From assembly GCF_009914755.1 (NCBI RefSeq), contig NC_060935.1: DNA of 64,000 nucleotides; one strand, 5' to 3'. Under the pieces are notes generated by a model that had not been told where the DNA came from, did no database searches, and saw only the letters and a program-made list of their open reading frames with translations. Below, one piece after another: positions 39,546 to 53,990 of the stretch. Source of the stretch: the human T2T-CHM13v2.0 reference genome, Homo sapiens. The stretch's first letter is position 1. The number at the start of each line of letters is the position of its first letter. The translations under genes and the position numbers were made by a program.

Positions 39546-41271
39546 TTGCACGTAACAAATTTTAATTTTTTGGCACTTTTTAAATGTAATTTTATTTAAG
39601 ATGTGATTATCATGTATATAAAATTTGTGATCTTTTTATTTTCACCTAAAATTAGATGTATCATCCAATATTTCTCATGAAAATCATTAGCCATCCAAAA
39701 CACTTAATACATACAAATAATTGGATTAGCAATAATTTTATTTTTAATAGCTAATTCAGAACTGTACAATTTTTCTGCTTTGTAAATAATCTTGTTTTAT
39801 ATCATAATTATTATTCTTTCATAATCTTGTGATTTAATCCTTGCTGTCACTCGCCCTGGAGCACAATACATACAGTTATCTCATGAAAAACAGCTCAATT
39901 ACAAATCTATGCTTGCAATCTGGAATGGAAAATGTGACTTATCACTAGTAATGGCAAATATTACACTCATAAGTAACAGTAGGTAATTGAAAGTGAAGAG
40001 GAATGTAAATGATGAGTGCTTATTCCTGCCTACTATTGTTCCTCATTTTAGTGCATTTGTAGCCTACCATCTCTTTAATGTACTATCCTCATTAAGATTT
40101 TTTGTGGCTTTGGTGAATTAGTAACAGATTATGACAACCTTTCCATTGATATAGCTTATGCTTTTAGGCTCATCTTTTCAGGTATTGATAATAGTGGAAT
40201 AATTCAGACATTGATTCAAAGTTACATTCCTTAGCACATTTGAATTGAGGTTTTCTTGAAACCACTATTTGCCTTCTCTGTCCATGACATTTCAATATAT
40301 ATGTAATGTTTTCTCAGATCTGAAGTCACATGTACCTCATTCTAGAGTTTGGATTCAATTCCAGTAAAAGCTTCTGCCTCTCTCAATTTGCAACAGTAGG
40401 CAATAGTATACTAGTAAGTGTTCAAAAACTGGCTGTCCAAAAGCAAAACAAAAAACCTGATTGGAAGAATTGGCTGTTGGGAAAAGGTGTGCATGATTGG
40501 CTTCCTCACACCACTCACCCTAGGGCCCTTTTATTACCTCCTGGAAGATGACTGACACCTCATTGGGTGTGCAAATATTCTTCCTGTTGGACATAAACAA
40601 ATGCTTAATGAGTGAAGTTTTTCAGAATGGTTGCCAAACATTGGTTTTATTGTAAATCACTTGCATGTGTCCTAAAGTCTTTTTTTCCTAATGAATATTT
40701 AAGCAGCCGTTTCTTTTTGCATTAAATTCAGGAAATTTAAGACTTTTTTAGCTCTTGAATATAAGCTTTAGTGTAGATGTTTGTCGCTTTTAGAATGGCT
40801 GGCTGGCTGGTTTCATTTGTTACATAAATACTCAAATACATATTAAAACAGACACACATACACGCAGTATTTCTTCAGTTCAAATTTTCTCAAATTTTTT
40901 ATTTCTTCAGCTTATAGAATTAAGAGCTAAGAGATGCTATAAAACCAAATTTGTCTACTGTCAGGATGGCTATTTGGCATAATGTATTTAAATATACTGT
41001 ACTACAGATGAAAATAAAATTAATAATCATTTTGTTATTTTTAGACATGATTGATTTTTCTGACCATACCTATCATTCCCTATTACCTTTTTTCAATCAA
41101 AATATTTATTACTACCTAATATTATATTAAAATGCTATTTATTGTTGTATCCATAGCACCTAGAACAGTACATAGTCACAAAATGATGATTTTTTTGAAT
41201 AAATTAATTAAAATCTTAAATAACATTTGGAATTTTCAGCTCCTACCAAAAATTTCCATCAAAATAAAATA

Positions 41272-41392
41272 AGCTGACGTAGTGTTATATACCTGTAATC
41301 CCCGCTATTCAGGAGGCCGAGGCAGGAAGATTGCTTAAGCCCAGGAGGTGAGAACAGCCTAGGCAACATAGTGAGATACTGTCTCAAATAAA
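41272..41392 (+). mobile_element. FLAM / free Alu monomer
   Basis: Single arm: CCTGTAATCCCCGCTATTCAGGAGGCCGAGG...CAACATAGTGAGATACTGTCTC. Confidence 0.85.
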
Positions 41393-43374
41393 TTAATTAA
41401 AATAATTCAATTAAGTAAATTCCTGAACTTTATTGAGATATTTAAAATATTCGTGTGATAAAACCATATAAAATAAGAAAGTAATTGAGGAGCTAAACAT
41501 AGCAATTCAAAACTAATTTTAGGTGCTCCATATAGTTCATCTTTTACCTCTAGATTTGCTTAAAATCTATTTAGTGTTTTAGCCTGCATCAATAATAAAC
41601 AGAAAGATATACCTAGAGATATTATTTAAATATATGATTGCAGAAAGCTTTTTCATTTATATTAAAAGTTCTTCTGACAATTATTTTAAATGGTTACATA
41701 TTTTATTGCAAAATTATGTAACTTTTTAGGAGTACTTTCTAGGTGCACAGTAGCCTACTAGAGTCCATCATAAATTCCCAAAAGCATCCATGGATACTAG
41801 ACTAGTGCAGCAACCTATAGTACAGTGGAAAGGAATACCTTTCTTGTGATACATTAAAGTACTGTTTGTTATGCTCTGATAACAGAGAGGTGTATCAGCT
41901 TTAATTTAACTAATGATCTTCATCCTGGAAATACACACAAAAGCCCATGTGAATAGACTTAAGCGTATTCTCTAATGACAGATTTAGAATTAACCTTCTC
42001 TTTGGTTCTAAGACTTTATTACATGATGAAGCTTGAGATATTTGCTCTGTTTTCCCCATAGAATGAGTTATTTTCCAGCTCCATCCTCAGTGACTCATTC
42101 AAATTGATATCTGATAACACTTCCTTTTTAAAATTCTTTTTTTTCCACCAGTTTCTCAAATATAATCACAAACTTGAGTGTCACTGTATAAGCATTACCC
42201 TAGTGTTAAACAGTGAGTGGGTCAAAGCTTTCCTCATATTGTAATGGAAATCTTGGGGGTCTAAAGCTGTTTCAGTGTTAAACTTTGAGTCCTTGAAATG
42301 AATTCTGTGAAAGTGTTATTATTTGGGCAAAGGTTCTGAAAAGTTATAGGATTCCTAATATGTATTTAAGGTAGATATTCCTGTCTGATTTTTTCTTATA
42401 GATAATCCTGTTTCTAATTTCAAGAAACCAATTTCTTCATTAAGGAATTTCCATGGCAAAATAACAATTGTTCTTCAAAAACACCTGCATCACTTATTGT
42501 AAGTGTAACTAGCATACTCATAATGTGTCACACAAAAACACCAAAACATTTTAATTTAAAAAATAGTCAAAAAGTTCACTTCAATCTCCTTGCTAGCAGG
42601 TATTATTTTCACAAAACATTGTAATCGTGTAAGCTTTCAGGTTTGAATGTCAAGGTTTAGGGCCAATCTTTGAAATCTCATACCCATAAATTTTGAGATA
42701 TATACAAAAAATTTCCTCCAGTCTAACATGAGATATCAGTGGCCTTGATAGCATGTCTTGCCTTGGTCTTATCAGCAACTGGAAGTTGAATGTGTTGCAA
42801 CTTTGAAGAATTTCCATGAGGCCATGGAAAACAATGTTAATTATATTTATAACGATCTCTTCTTGACTCTATACTAATCAGTTCTTACTCTCTGAGTCAG
42901 TGAGTTGTACTTGCCAATGTTATTCTTGTCCTTGCCTACGTCAGTGTGCCAGGTATTGACATTCAAAGTGAGTTTTTCTAATGTATGTATAATTGCTAAA
43001 TAATTATTTAATTCTCTCATCTATCTTCTGTCTCTGTCTGTCTCTCTCTCTCTCACTTTTTACACTAAAAGCAAAATAAAACCTATTTAGTAGGTAAATC
43101 TGTGTGTGAATATATAGATAATAAATGTCCTAGATGAAATTGCCAACAGATTTGGAAGGCATGTTAATGTAAATATTTTTTAAATGTACCTATAAGCCTG
43201 TCAAAATCTAAAAACAGGTCTGTATAGGACTGTACATGTTGAATAAATATTTTTATCTGTTGATTTTTAAAAGAAAAGTACAATGATCAACTTAATCATC
43301 ATCCTAATCACCCTATATATGATTTGTTAAATGCTTACCAAGCATCAGATAATGTGTGGGGGACTTTTCTAGCA

Positions 43375-44112
43375 GTATTAGTTTCCTAGGGCTGCTGTAA
43401 CAAATAACCAAAAAACTTCGTTGCATAAAACAACAGAAATGTATTCACTCATAGTTCTGGTGGCCAAAAGTTCAAAATCAAGGTATCAGCAGGGTTACAC
43501 TTCCTCCTGAGGATATACGGAAGATTCTGTTCCTTTCTTTGTCCAGCTTCTGGTGGTTGCAAATTTCCTTAGGATTGTGGCCACATGTTTTCAATCTCTG
43601 CTTCCATGGTCACTTACCCTGTTTGTTTGGACAGTCTCACTCTGTCGCCCAGGGCTTGAGTGCAGTGGCATGATCTCAGCTCACTGCAATCTCCACCTTC
43701 TGGGTTCAAGCAATTCTCCTGCTCAGCCTTCTGAGTATCTGGGATCGCAGTTGTGCACCACCACGCCCAGGTAATTTCTTGCATTTTTAGTACAGACAAG
43801 GTTTCCTTATGTTGGCCAGGCTGGTCTCGAACTCCTGACCTCAAGTGATCCGCCCGTCTCGGCCTCCCAAAGTGCTGGGATTACAGGTGTGAGCCACTGC
43901 ACCTGGCCTATTTATCCTCATCTGCCACTGTGCCGTGTTTCTTGTAAGAGCAATTGTCACCAGATTTAGAACCCGCTGCAATAATCCAGATGATCTCAAT
44001 TTCCTTACTTAATTAAATCTGTAAAGATCCTTTTTCTAAGTAAGGTAACATTCACAGGTACTGGAGGTTAAAATGTGGACATATCTTTTTGGGAGTCACT
44101 ATTCAACCCGTT
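43375..44112 (-). mobile_element. MLT1 (C-like) solo LTR containing an Alu, itself within a MIR
   Basis: GTATTAGTTTCCTAGGGCTGCTGTAACAAA...CACTATTCAACCC. Confidence 0.85.
43621..43908 (-). mobile_element. AluS SINE
   Basis: GACCTCAAGTGATCCGCCC; degraded TSD CACTTACCCT/TATTTATCCT. Confidence 0.92.
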
Positions 44113-44669
44113 CCTCTAACTGTCTCTAATTGTCATAAACATAGAGATAAATTGAGAGTGAGAGAGGTTAGCAATTTTCCTAAAGTTGCACAGATTAGGA
44201 GTGGTAGGACTAGGATCTTAAATAGAAGCAGAACTCATCCCGTTGAATTTTAATTGTTCATTCTTCCATTTATATCCCTGCCTAGGTCCAGGTATCTTGG
44301 TGGTTGAGACTTATGACGTATCCCTAATGTCATGCTTTGGCCTTTGATACAGGCTAGGCACTAAATAACCAATTGTTGAATAAATTGAATACATGATTTC
44401 TCACCAGCAAGTCCGTTACTGATAAACAGCCAAGGCCAATATCCATTGAAAATGAAAATGTATCTGTTATTTTGCAGCAATTTTATCTAAATGTTATCAA
44501 AATTCAGTAGCGAATGTTTATCTCTTTCCAGAGTTTAGTATGAAAATTCTTTAGACTTATTTACTCAGAAACTAAGCTCTGTGATGTAAATATAGAAGTA
44601 GCAATTGGCCACATACTATCTCCTTCTTCCCTTTTGTTATTATGTATATTTATTTACATAATAAAGAAA

Positions 44670-44739
44670 TATATGTATATATACATACATATGTATATAT
44701 ACACATATGTGTGTGTGTATGTGTGTGTGTGTGTGTATG
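44670..44739. repeat. (TA)/(TG) microsatellite
   Basis: Directly visible. Confidence 0.85.
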
Positions 44740-45454
44740 TCAGGAGTAACTAAAAGAGGAAAAATACCTAGATAAATCACCAGTTTATTTGGTTTTTAAG
44801 CACAACCACTGCCACATATTGGCTGGTGTGTGAGTTTTATTGAGCAATGAGATCCAATTTGTTGCCTAGTTATTGCTGGTGACTGAATATAGGTCTTCTT
44901 TTTCTAGAAAAATTGAGTGGTAACTGAAGATGGCAAAACACCGCATCAGAACGACTCAGTCACAGTGGCAATTGTTTTGTGAGTGAATCATTCAGCCTTT
45001 CTTTCTCTCCTTAAGGAAATTTTAGTAGCTAATTTCAATAAGCAACTAAAATTTTGGTAACATACAGGCCCAGGATTGAGAATTATAAAACAGGATGTAT
45101 ATGAAAAATAATGTTTTTAAAGTTACTCTTTCTCTCTCTCTACACACACACACACACTCTCTCACACTCATATTTTCTGAGCTATTTCCTCTTTTTGGTC
45201 ACTCATTCATTAACCATTCTTATGCCAGAAGTATCTACCTTCCAGATGAATCTTCAAGTTTTATGATAGACCTCTTATTCAATTTAGATGTCCTTTCCTC
45301 TCCAAGTGCCCCAAGATTAGGATTTCTTATCTACTCTCTAAACATTCCTGAGTCTGGCAAGGAAGCTTCAGGCATGGTAAGGAGAATGACAACCAAATTT
45401 CTGTTGTAGGTCACTAAAAAAAGTTGATGCCAGACTTGTGGATGTGAGGATGCA

Positions 45455-45712
45455 TGCAGTGGTTTGAAAGAGCAGAATTCAAGGACACTAAAGAGTTATG
45501 ATTGAAATATAATTGATTTGAGGTATGCCACTGAGGCACCCAGTCCGATATACATTCAACCACAAGAAATTAAACCTTCTCTGTATATCTGATGTTCAAT
45601 TTCCTTATTTCTAAAATGTACAATGTAACATATTTCAACTAGCATTCATATAAATCTTAGATGAATCTGGCACAATGCCAGAAATATATTAGTTGCTCAC
45701 ATATCATTATTT
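45455..45712 (+). mobile_element. MIR SINE
   Basis: CAATTTCCTTATTTCTAAAATG core; TGGCACAATGCC...GCTCA. Confidence 0.55.
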
Positions 45713-46399
45713 ACAAGAGGCTAAGAAAAGGCACATGATTTTAGGAAGTTTTCTCCTTGTTTGTGGAAATTTTATTATGTAGTAATTAATTTAATACCTT
45801 TGTGAACTCTTCAGTGCTCAATGCTTACCCCTCAAGTATAGAAGATCAATAAACTAACTTGAGTGAGCAAATAAAATTTTCAGGAAAACATTGGCATTAA
45901 CAAACTTATGACACTGAAGTAAAAAATCAGAATGCTGACTTATTAATTTTCTACTTAAAACATAATTGTCATTCATTTAAAATATGAGTCCTTATTATTT
46001 TATCTCTGTTGGTAGATGTCATGGGAAACCAAACCATAATTAGGATTCTATGTGGAATCTGAACAAGGAACACTAGATGAGAATTTTAATTACCATCAGG
46101 TTTATGAAGTTTAATAAATCCACCTCTACAACATGGGTGCCCTCGTTAACAAGACTGCTGCATTTAAATTTCATTGTTTAATTTTCTCTTTCCTTAGAAT
46201 GTTCATTGAACGGACATTCCATTTGCTTGCTTCTATGTCTAAACTTTTATTATCAACCTCCTGGCAGATTGACCTCTTTTTCCTTCAGAAATATTCATGT
46301 TTTCCATCAGAGTAGTCAATTCTTGCTTGCCAGGAACAACTCTCCCTTTACAAAATATCCTCATCTCTCAGCTCTCATTCATTGTGAGTTGATATTACA

Positions 46400-46635
46400 G
46401 TATAAATAGCAGAAGAAAAATCTCATTTTTTTATTTCCAGAATACTTCAGTCACCTCTAACTGAAGGCGATATTTATTTTTTTGACTCTCACTTTTCTCA
46501 CTAAAAATCAAAGATGATAATAGGATCTTCCTCATTTGGTTTTTGAGAGTGTTAATAAAACAATGTTTTCAAAGGTCTCAGTACACTACCTGGTACAAGG
46601 AATAGACTCAATAAATATTTTTAAAATCTATCATT
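46400..46635 (+). mobile_element. MIR SINE
   Basis: CTCACTTTTCTCACTAAAA...CCTGGTACA..TAGACTCAATAAAT. Confidence 0.55.
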
Positions 46636-47783
46636 ACCACAACATTTAACAGTGTTTTGCTATGACCTGACTTGTCATATAAAGGGAGCCCTGTTATAGT
46701 AAGACCTTTCATAATAAATACAGCCCACTCTGCGTGTCGCATAACAGTTTTACTCACTATCATGTGAGGAGTAAAGATTCTATTTTGACTGACTCACAGA
46801 GAAGCGATGAATATTTCAGAACTTTGCTTCGTAAAAGTATGTGGAACATGGAGTTTTAGATCCCTGTTTTGAAGAGTTAGGCACACCAATCAGGATAATG
46901 CACATGAATGTTCTTTTAAAATGGCAAAAACACATTGTATGTAAAGAGGGTAATTATTATTATTATTAGGGAAAGTATGGTAGCTTTGCAGAGAACATGG
47001 GAGCAGCAAACGGGACAATGAGGCTTATTGGAGTTTGTGAAGGGACAAATTCCATAAACTTTTATGCAGTTCCTCTGTTTAAAAAATCTTTAGTGATTAC
47101 TTGCTTAACAATGAAATTATCTTTTACAATGAAAAATTATTGAAATAATCTAACAACATAACAAGACAAAATGCTCTGGCTGTTAACACCTTCAGGTGAC
47201 ATCTCCTAAAAAGGAAAATCCCTTACAGAGATTAGAAAATGACATTTTTCTTGCTTCACTATTTTAATATGCAGCAGTAAGAAACTACAGGCTAATGAAT
47301 CAACAAGTCACTTACCCAGCCTCCTCTTTTCAGCAACATTACTTTAAATAATCTCTTATTTGAATTATTCAGTAATTCCACCAGCAGCACAGCAAGGATT
47401 ATTAGTCAATCTTTCCTACACCAGGCATGGGTGGAAGGCTTAATAGTTTGAAACTCAAAATCATTTCTTAGTTATGTAAATCCTTGTCATCTATTATTTG
47501 TTCATGAAATGGTGAGAGGCTGAAATAAAACTTGAAGTTTAAAACAAGAAGCCAATTACTATAAGAAGAAAGCAGCCATGGATTTATTAAGTAGATAGCA
47601 ACCACAAGGCCATTAGCCAGAGGCATATATGTATTAGAATATACAAACACTGGAATTCTTAGAAAAAAATGGATCTCAATGCAGGCTACTTCTACCCAAA
47701 TGTGGCCATCTCTCTGTTAAATGCAACCAATTAGAAAGTTATTTAAGCTCTACTTTTCCAATTGGAAACACCACATTTTTTTC

Positions 47784-47825
<42 letters not shown>

Positions 47826-47992
47826 AGTGATGTATGTGTATATATATGTACGTATATAAATTTTATGTGTGTAGACATAATTATACATATATGTAATTAA
47901 GTTATACATATGTAATTAAGTTACATATATCATTTTTGTATATGTAGCATGCCCGTGTGCACAGGCACACACACACACACACACACACATAC
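47784..47992. repeat. (TA)n(TG)n...(CA)n low-complexity block
   Basis: Directly visible. Confidence 0.85.
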
Positions 47993-48846
47993 AATGCATA
48001 TGCCTTTGATCCAGCAATTCATATTTCAAATTTCCAGTGTAGAACAGTTGTCCTAGGTCAGATATGCCTTGGGCATCTTGGGAAGAATCAGTTTGATCTA
48101 GACTTTTGTCCTAACTCACTCTGATTGCCAACTGCTTCTGTTGCTCACAACATCAGATTGGACCCAAGAAAGTATTAGCAGTTTACTTCTTCAAAAGTTC
48201 AGGCAGGTCTTTATTCCTATCAGCTTTCCAAGTGCCCATGGTTGATTTGAACCATCTGGAGAAGTGGTCTTTGTTCTAATGAAATTACATTTGTTAAATC
48301 CTTTTAGGTGCAATATGTCATGGGGTTACATTGCAGGGGAGCAGACACAACAAGCATGTGCTCTGGAATCAGAGCAGGAGAGAGAAGCAGACAGAACGTA
48401 AGCAGTCCTTAGTAGCCAAAGATGCCTAGGCTAAAAATTTAATTGGAAATCTTGCTTTTAAGTAAATGAATTCATTTTCTTGTAGGTAGTTTTTCTAACA
48501 AAATCTTTACTTAGCAAACAAAGAGAAACAGCACTAGACATTTATGAAATAACCTCCAAGCTTTTTATGCATCATGCATTGATTTCAGGAGCTCAGTTAG
48601 CTTTGCTAAGTGTGGTTATGTGCTGTAATATAGTTGGATATCACTTGGCTCCTCTCATCATATCACATATACTCTATGGATGCACAACCTTGCTTGAAAT
48701 TAAATAGAAATAAATAGAAAACCTATAATTTATTATTTGTCAGATTAGAAATATTTCAAAATTGTGTTTAAAAGCCATTGATAATGGCAAAAGTTCCCAG
48801 CAGGAGTGTTAATTGGTACAATGGTATGATATTTGGGATACTTTTT

Positions 48847-49115
48847 TGTGTGTGTGTACATATATATGTATGTGTGTGTGTACACATAGGAATTGTGATA
48901 TATTTGATAAGTTATACATATGTAATCAAATTACACATATAATTTTTATATATATACAAATATAAATTTATATATAGCATGTGTGTACATATACACACAT
49001 AGCATGTGTATGTATATATGTACATATATGTATATACATATATATATACACATAGCATACGTACATATATGTGTACATATATATGTACTAACACATATGC
49101 TGTATATATAATGCA
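48847..49115. repeat. TA/TG/CA-rich low-complexity block within an old L1M relic
   Basis: Directly visible; flanked by AATTGGTACAA and TTTGATCCAGCAATTCC (L1 motifs). Confidence 0.8.
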
Positions 49116-49988
49116 TACAAATTTGATCCAGCAATTCCAATGGTTGAAATTTAATCCAATAGATATACCATAGGGCTCATGGCTACATTGTTTGTAATAC
49201 CAAAATACAAGCTTGTACTCTCTTTCTCTCTTTCACACACACACACACGCACGCACACACACACACACACACACACCCCAAACTGATGGTCCATTAATGG
49301 GATCAATAATAAAAGACTATTACTAAAGACAGTGCAAGATCCAGGCTCCCTGGCTTTGAAGGTCAGCTACCTGTGTGATATAACCTTAAACATGTTACTT
49401 TACCTCTGCTTGCTACTTTTCTTTCATTTATTTCAATTGGCATATAATTGTTCATACATCATATGGCTGCTTTGAGGATTAAGTTAATATATATAAAGCA
49501 TTTTACAAAAAGTCTGATATGTAGAAATGATTTCCTGGTTAGCTATTATTTTATGGTCCATTAAAATAATGAGTTCAAATTGCTTAGGCTGATCTGAAAA
49601 GATTACTAAGATCTATTATTAAGCAAAAATAAAAAGAAAATTTAAAAATTATATCATGTATATTTTATATCATTTAATTAAAACTTATATATTTTTATAA
49701 TTAAAAATTATAACATTCTGATAAATGCTAAAGATTGTTGGAATAATATACCAGAAATTGATAAGTAATGGTTAGTGGCAGTTACCTCTGAGAAATGGTA
49801 GGGGAGGTCTAATGCAGGACAGAGATATTTTAACTTTCATTTTAATCCCTTTCCTATTATTTAAAATGTTTACCAAATGTTCCTGTCTTTTTATAAATTA
49901 AGCAGAAATTTACAAACATAACTTACTGTTTTTAAATGACAAATTTAGTGACTCTTTGTTTTCTCACCTTATTTGTCTTTAACGTGAT

Positions 49989-50669
<681 letters not shown>

Positions 50670-52147
50670 GTGACTTAATATTCTAGTCGGTCACTCATGG
50701 GAAGGGTTAACCTTAGTAAGACCTTGTGCTCATACCCACCAAGGTGACATAATATAGCTGGTTCCATCAGGTTATGTTCTGTGTACCCTCACATGGTATG
50801 CTTTGCAGGTAGTTCCATTAAAGTGCCTTCATAATTATCTTCTACTCTAGCTTGTGACTGGCGCTTGAACAAAAGTATAAAGTCCATGATAGAAAAGGAA
50901 GAATGGCAACCCTGCTCAAAACACATAGAATAACCAATAGTCTTTCCTTTTGTTTCCAAATGGCACATATTTATCTTCTAGAGCTCAGGTTCATTTGGAG
51001 AAAAACTGGAAAAATGATGACCTTTGGCTCTTGAATTGTTAAAGTGAGTTGCACATCATTCCAACATTGATGCCATTTCAGCTCTTTTCAGAAGAGTTTA
51101 TTTATTTAAAATGGCAATTCCCCAGGAATTTTCAGGTTTCACTGACTGTCTCTACATCATTTTAGAGGGGTGATGAAAACTATCAAGTAAATTATGTCTG
51201 AACACAAATGTTTGTATAGCTACAATATTGAGAAATCTCTTCAAGTTAGTGGCAGGGTCTTCAGGAAATGATGAAGATGTGATGGTGTGAGTTTTCCTTT
51301 TATATGTAAAGGGTTTGCCCAAAGATTTCAAAAAAAATCCAAGGCTTATTTGGCCAGGAAGGAAACAAAATTTGTGAATACTATAATATTTTTGGAAACT
51401 ATGCAGTTGGGGATTATATATCCCATCTAAAGACAGTCAAACAAAAATTAAGCAGTTTGCATGGTGAAGAACACTAGACTATAGCCAAATTTGACCTCAG
51501 GGGCTTCTACCTACCCATTTCTGCATGGCTTTGTCTTTCAAATCATACTTCCGGGTTGTCTACCTGTTTCAGCCATACATTATTTAAGAGTGAACAAAGA
51601 AACATAATTTGAGTAAAATAACAGTACTCTTAAATCCTTATTCTCTTTGAAGTGGCAAAGCCCTCTATCATCGCAGGGATTAAAACAGGACCACACTGTC
51701 TAAAACTGTTTAAGGTCCTAGTATGTGTCTGTCACATAGATAATCAATAAATAAATGAATACCTGAACAAATGATATTCAAATTATTTTCTTGCTAGTAA
51801 AACAAAGGTTAAATGCAATATTTTGTGTGGTGTCAGAGTTTGGGCAGAGTGTCTGAAGGTGGAAAACAGTATAAAATATGTTAAGCAGTCTGTCTTCTAA
51901 AGCCAAGCTGGAGATTGCCCATGTAAGCCTTAGGCCGTTAATCATATCATGGGTATAAAACAGATGAAGAGTCAAGAGAAAGAAATATTTTAGGGAGTTG
52001 TTGGAATGCTCTGACATTTCTCTCTTCCTTAATCAATAATGTGACTCAAAAGATTCCAAGAGGACCACTGGCAAATCAGCTCCTTGGAATTTAGGGAATG
52101 TAGTGCTGTCACCTAAAATTCCTTGAAATTATCTAAAAATAAGAGGT

Positions 52148-52582
52148 TGATGGTCAATACTGAGTGTCAACTTCATTGGGTTGAAGGATGCAAACTATTG
52201 TTCCTGGGTGTGTCTGTGAGGGTGTTACCAAAGGATATTAACATTTGAGTTGGTGGACTGGGAAAGGCAGACCCACCTTCAACCTGGGCACACCCAGCTG
52301 TCAGTGCAGCCAGAATAAAAGCAGACAGAAGAACGTGAAAAGACTAGACCAGCTTAGCCTCCCAGACTACATCTTTCTCCCATGCTGGATGCCTCCTGCC
52401 CTCGAACACCAAACTCCAAGTTCTTCAGCTTTGGTACTCAGACTGGCTTCCTTGCTCTTCAGCTTGCAGACAGCCTACTGTGGGACCTCAACTTTTGATT
52501 GTCAATAGTCCTTAATAAACTCCCCTTTATATACACATCTATCCTGTTAGTTCTGTCCCTCTAGAGAACCCTGACTAATACA
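52148..52582 (+). mobile_element. MLT2A1-like (HERV-L) solo LTR
   Basis: TGATGGTCAATACTGAGTGTCAACTT...CTAGAGAACCCTGACTAATACA; exact TSD GAGGT. Confidence 0.9.
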
Positions 52583-52673
52583 GAGGTTGCAACTAGGGCT
52601 GTCTCTGTTGACAAGCATGGCAAAGAGAGGTAAGTGCATTACAAGGGAACTGCATATCTCTGTGTACAAAAAG

Positions 52674-52674
<1 letters not shown>

Positions 52675-52711
<37 letters not shown>
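52675..52711. repeat. (TG)n microsatellite
   Basis: Directly visible. Confidence 0.95.
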
Positions 52712-52713
<2 letters not shown>

Positions 52714-53689
52714 TCAGAGGAATAAACAAATGAGATCTTTGTGGACGTGAATCACTGAATTGTCTTAAAAGGAACCTGTCTCAAGACAATGTCCTAGAGA
52801 GGCAAAAGGACCTCAACGTATGTGTGCACTTACTTTAAATGACAAGTTTAGTGGCTCTTTGCTTTCTTAACTCATTTGTCTTTAACGTGACTTAATACTC
52901 TAGTAGGTCACTCATGGGAGGGGTTAACTATGGGAGGGGTAAGACCTTGTGCTTATGTGCAATCACAGTGGGTATCATGCTATGAGAAGCCCACTGGCTG
53001 ATGAGAGAGTCAAAATCAGAGAGTCAAAATGAGATTATGCCTGAGGAGGCATAATCTATGATGAGGTAAGCACTTGGAGTTTCCTAAATTCTAAGGAGAA
53101 TTTTAGAAAAAAATCCATGTAAGCAATTCAAGAAAAAAAAATGTACTGACAGACTTGTTTTCACATTTAAAGGATACCAATATCAGATTTCAACCTCATG
53201 GCCAGGTAAAACCATGTTTTTTTCCCTCTAATTATTATTTTTTTCCTATCCCAACAGGGAAGGTGTCAGAAATACTTGTGAGAAAGGTGGGCAGTAAGAA
53301 ATGAGGCATAGAAAAAAACTGATTACTCTCCACAGTATTTCAGGCTTTCAAAGCTGAACCAGGCTAAACCATGGAGGGAAAAGGGAAACTCTACATTTTA
53401 AATTAAGTGAGATTAGATTGGACACTTTATTATCCAAGAGTTACTGAAAAGGCTTTTGGATCTGCCCACACTTTTATTTAGATATAGAGAAGAGTGAGTC
53501 CATAGAGTAAGTTTAATGGTGAGAAAGAAGAAAAAATATGAACATTAACGCAAATTTATCTTATCAAGTACACATTATTCAATAAACCTGTTACAGAACA
53601 GCACTTGATCAATGAATAAATGAATAAACTAATATTTTAAAATATACAAGTTAGTTTTTTGAAAACCAGATGTGGTCTAGTAATGTAGG

Positions 53690-53990
53690 AAGAATCAATG
53701 CAGCTTTAGGGACTACTGTAATTAAAATTGGATCCAGCATGCCTCTCTCTCACACCCTCTTGGTTACTCCCTGGATAGCGGTTTTATTTCCTCAGAGGCC
53801 ATTAGCTTTACAACTTCATTTCCAATGAAGAAAAGGAACTGGGAAAAAAATTCCAACGGAGGACTCTATTAGCTTGGCTTTTGTCATGTGCCCACAGTAA
53901 GCAAATCAAAATGGCGAGAAGGGATGATACATGTGGAGATTGGCAAACCCACTAAGAAATATTTGGATGCAACAGGGAAAGAGTATTTTT
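53690..53990 (-). mobile_element. Old MLT1-like LTR fragment
   Basis: GGAGGACTCTATTAGC...TCATGTGCCCAC...GATTGGC. Confidence 0.4.
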
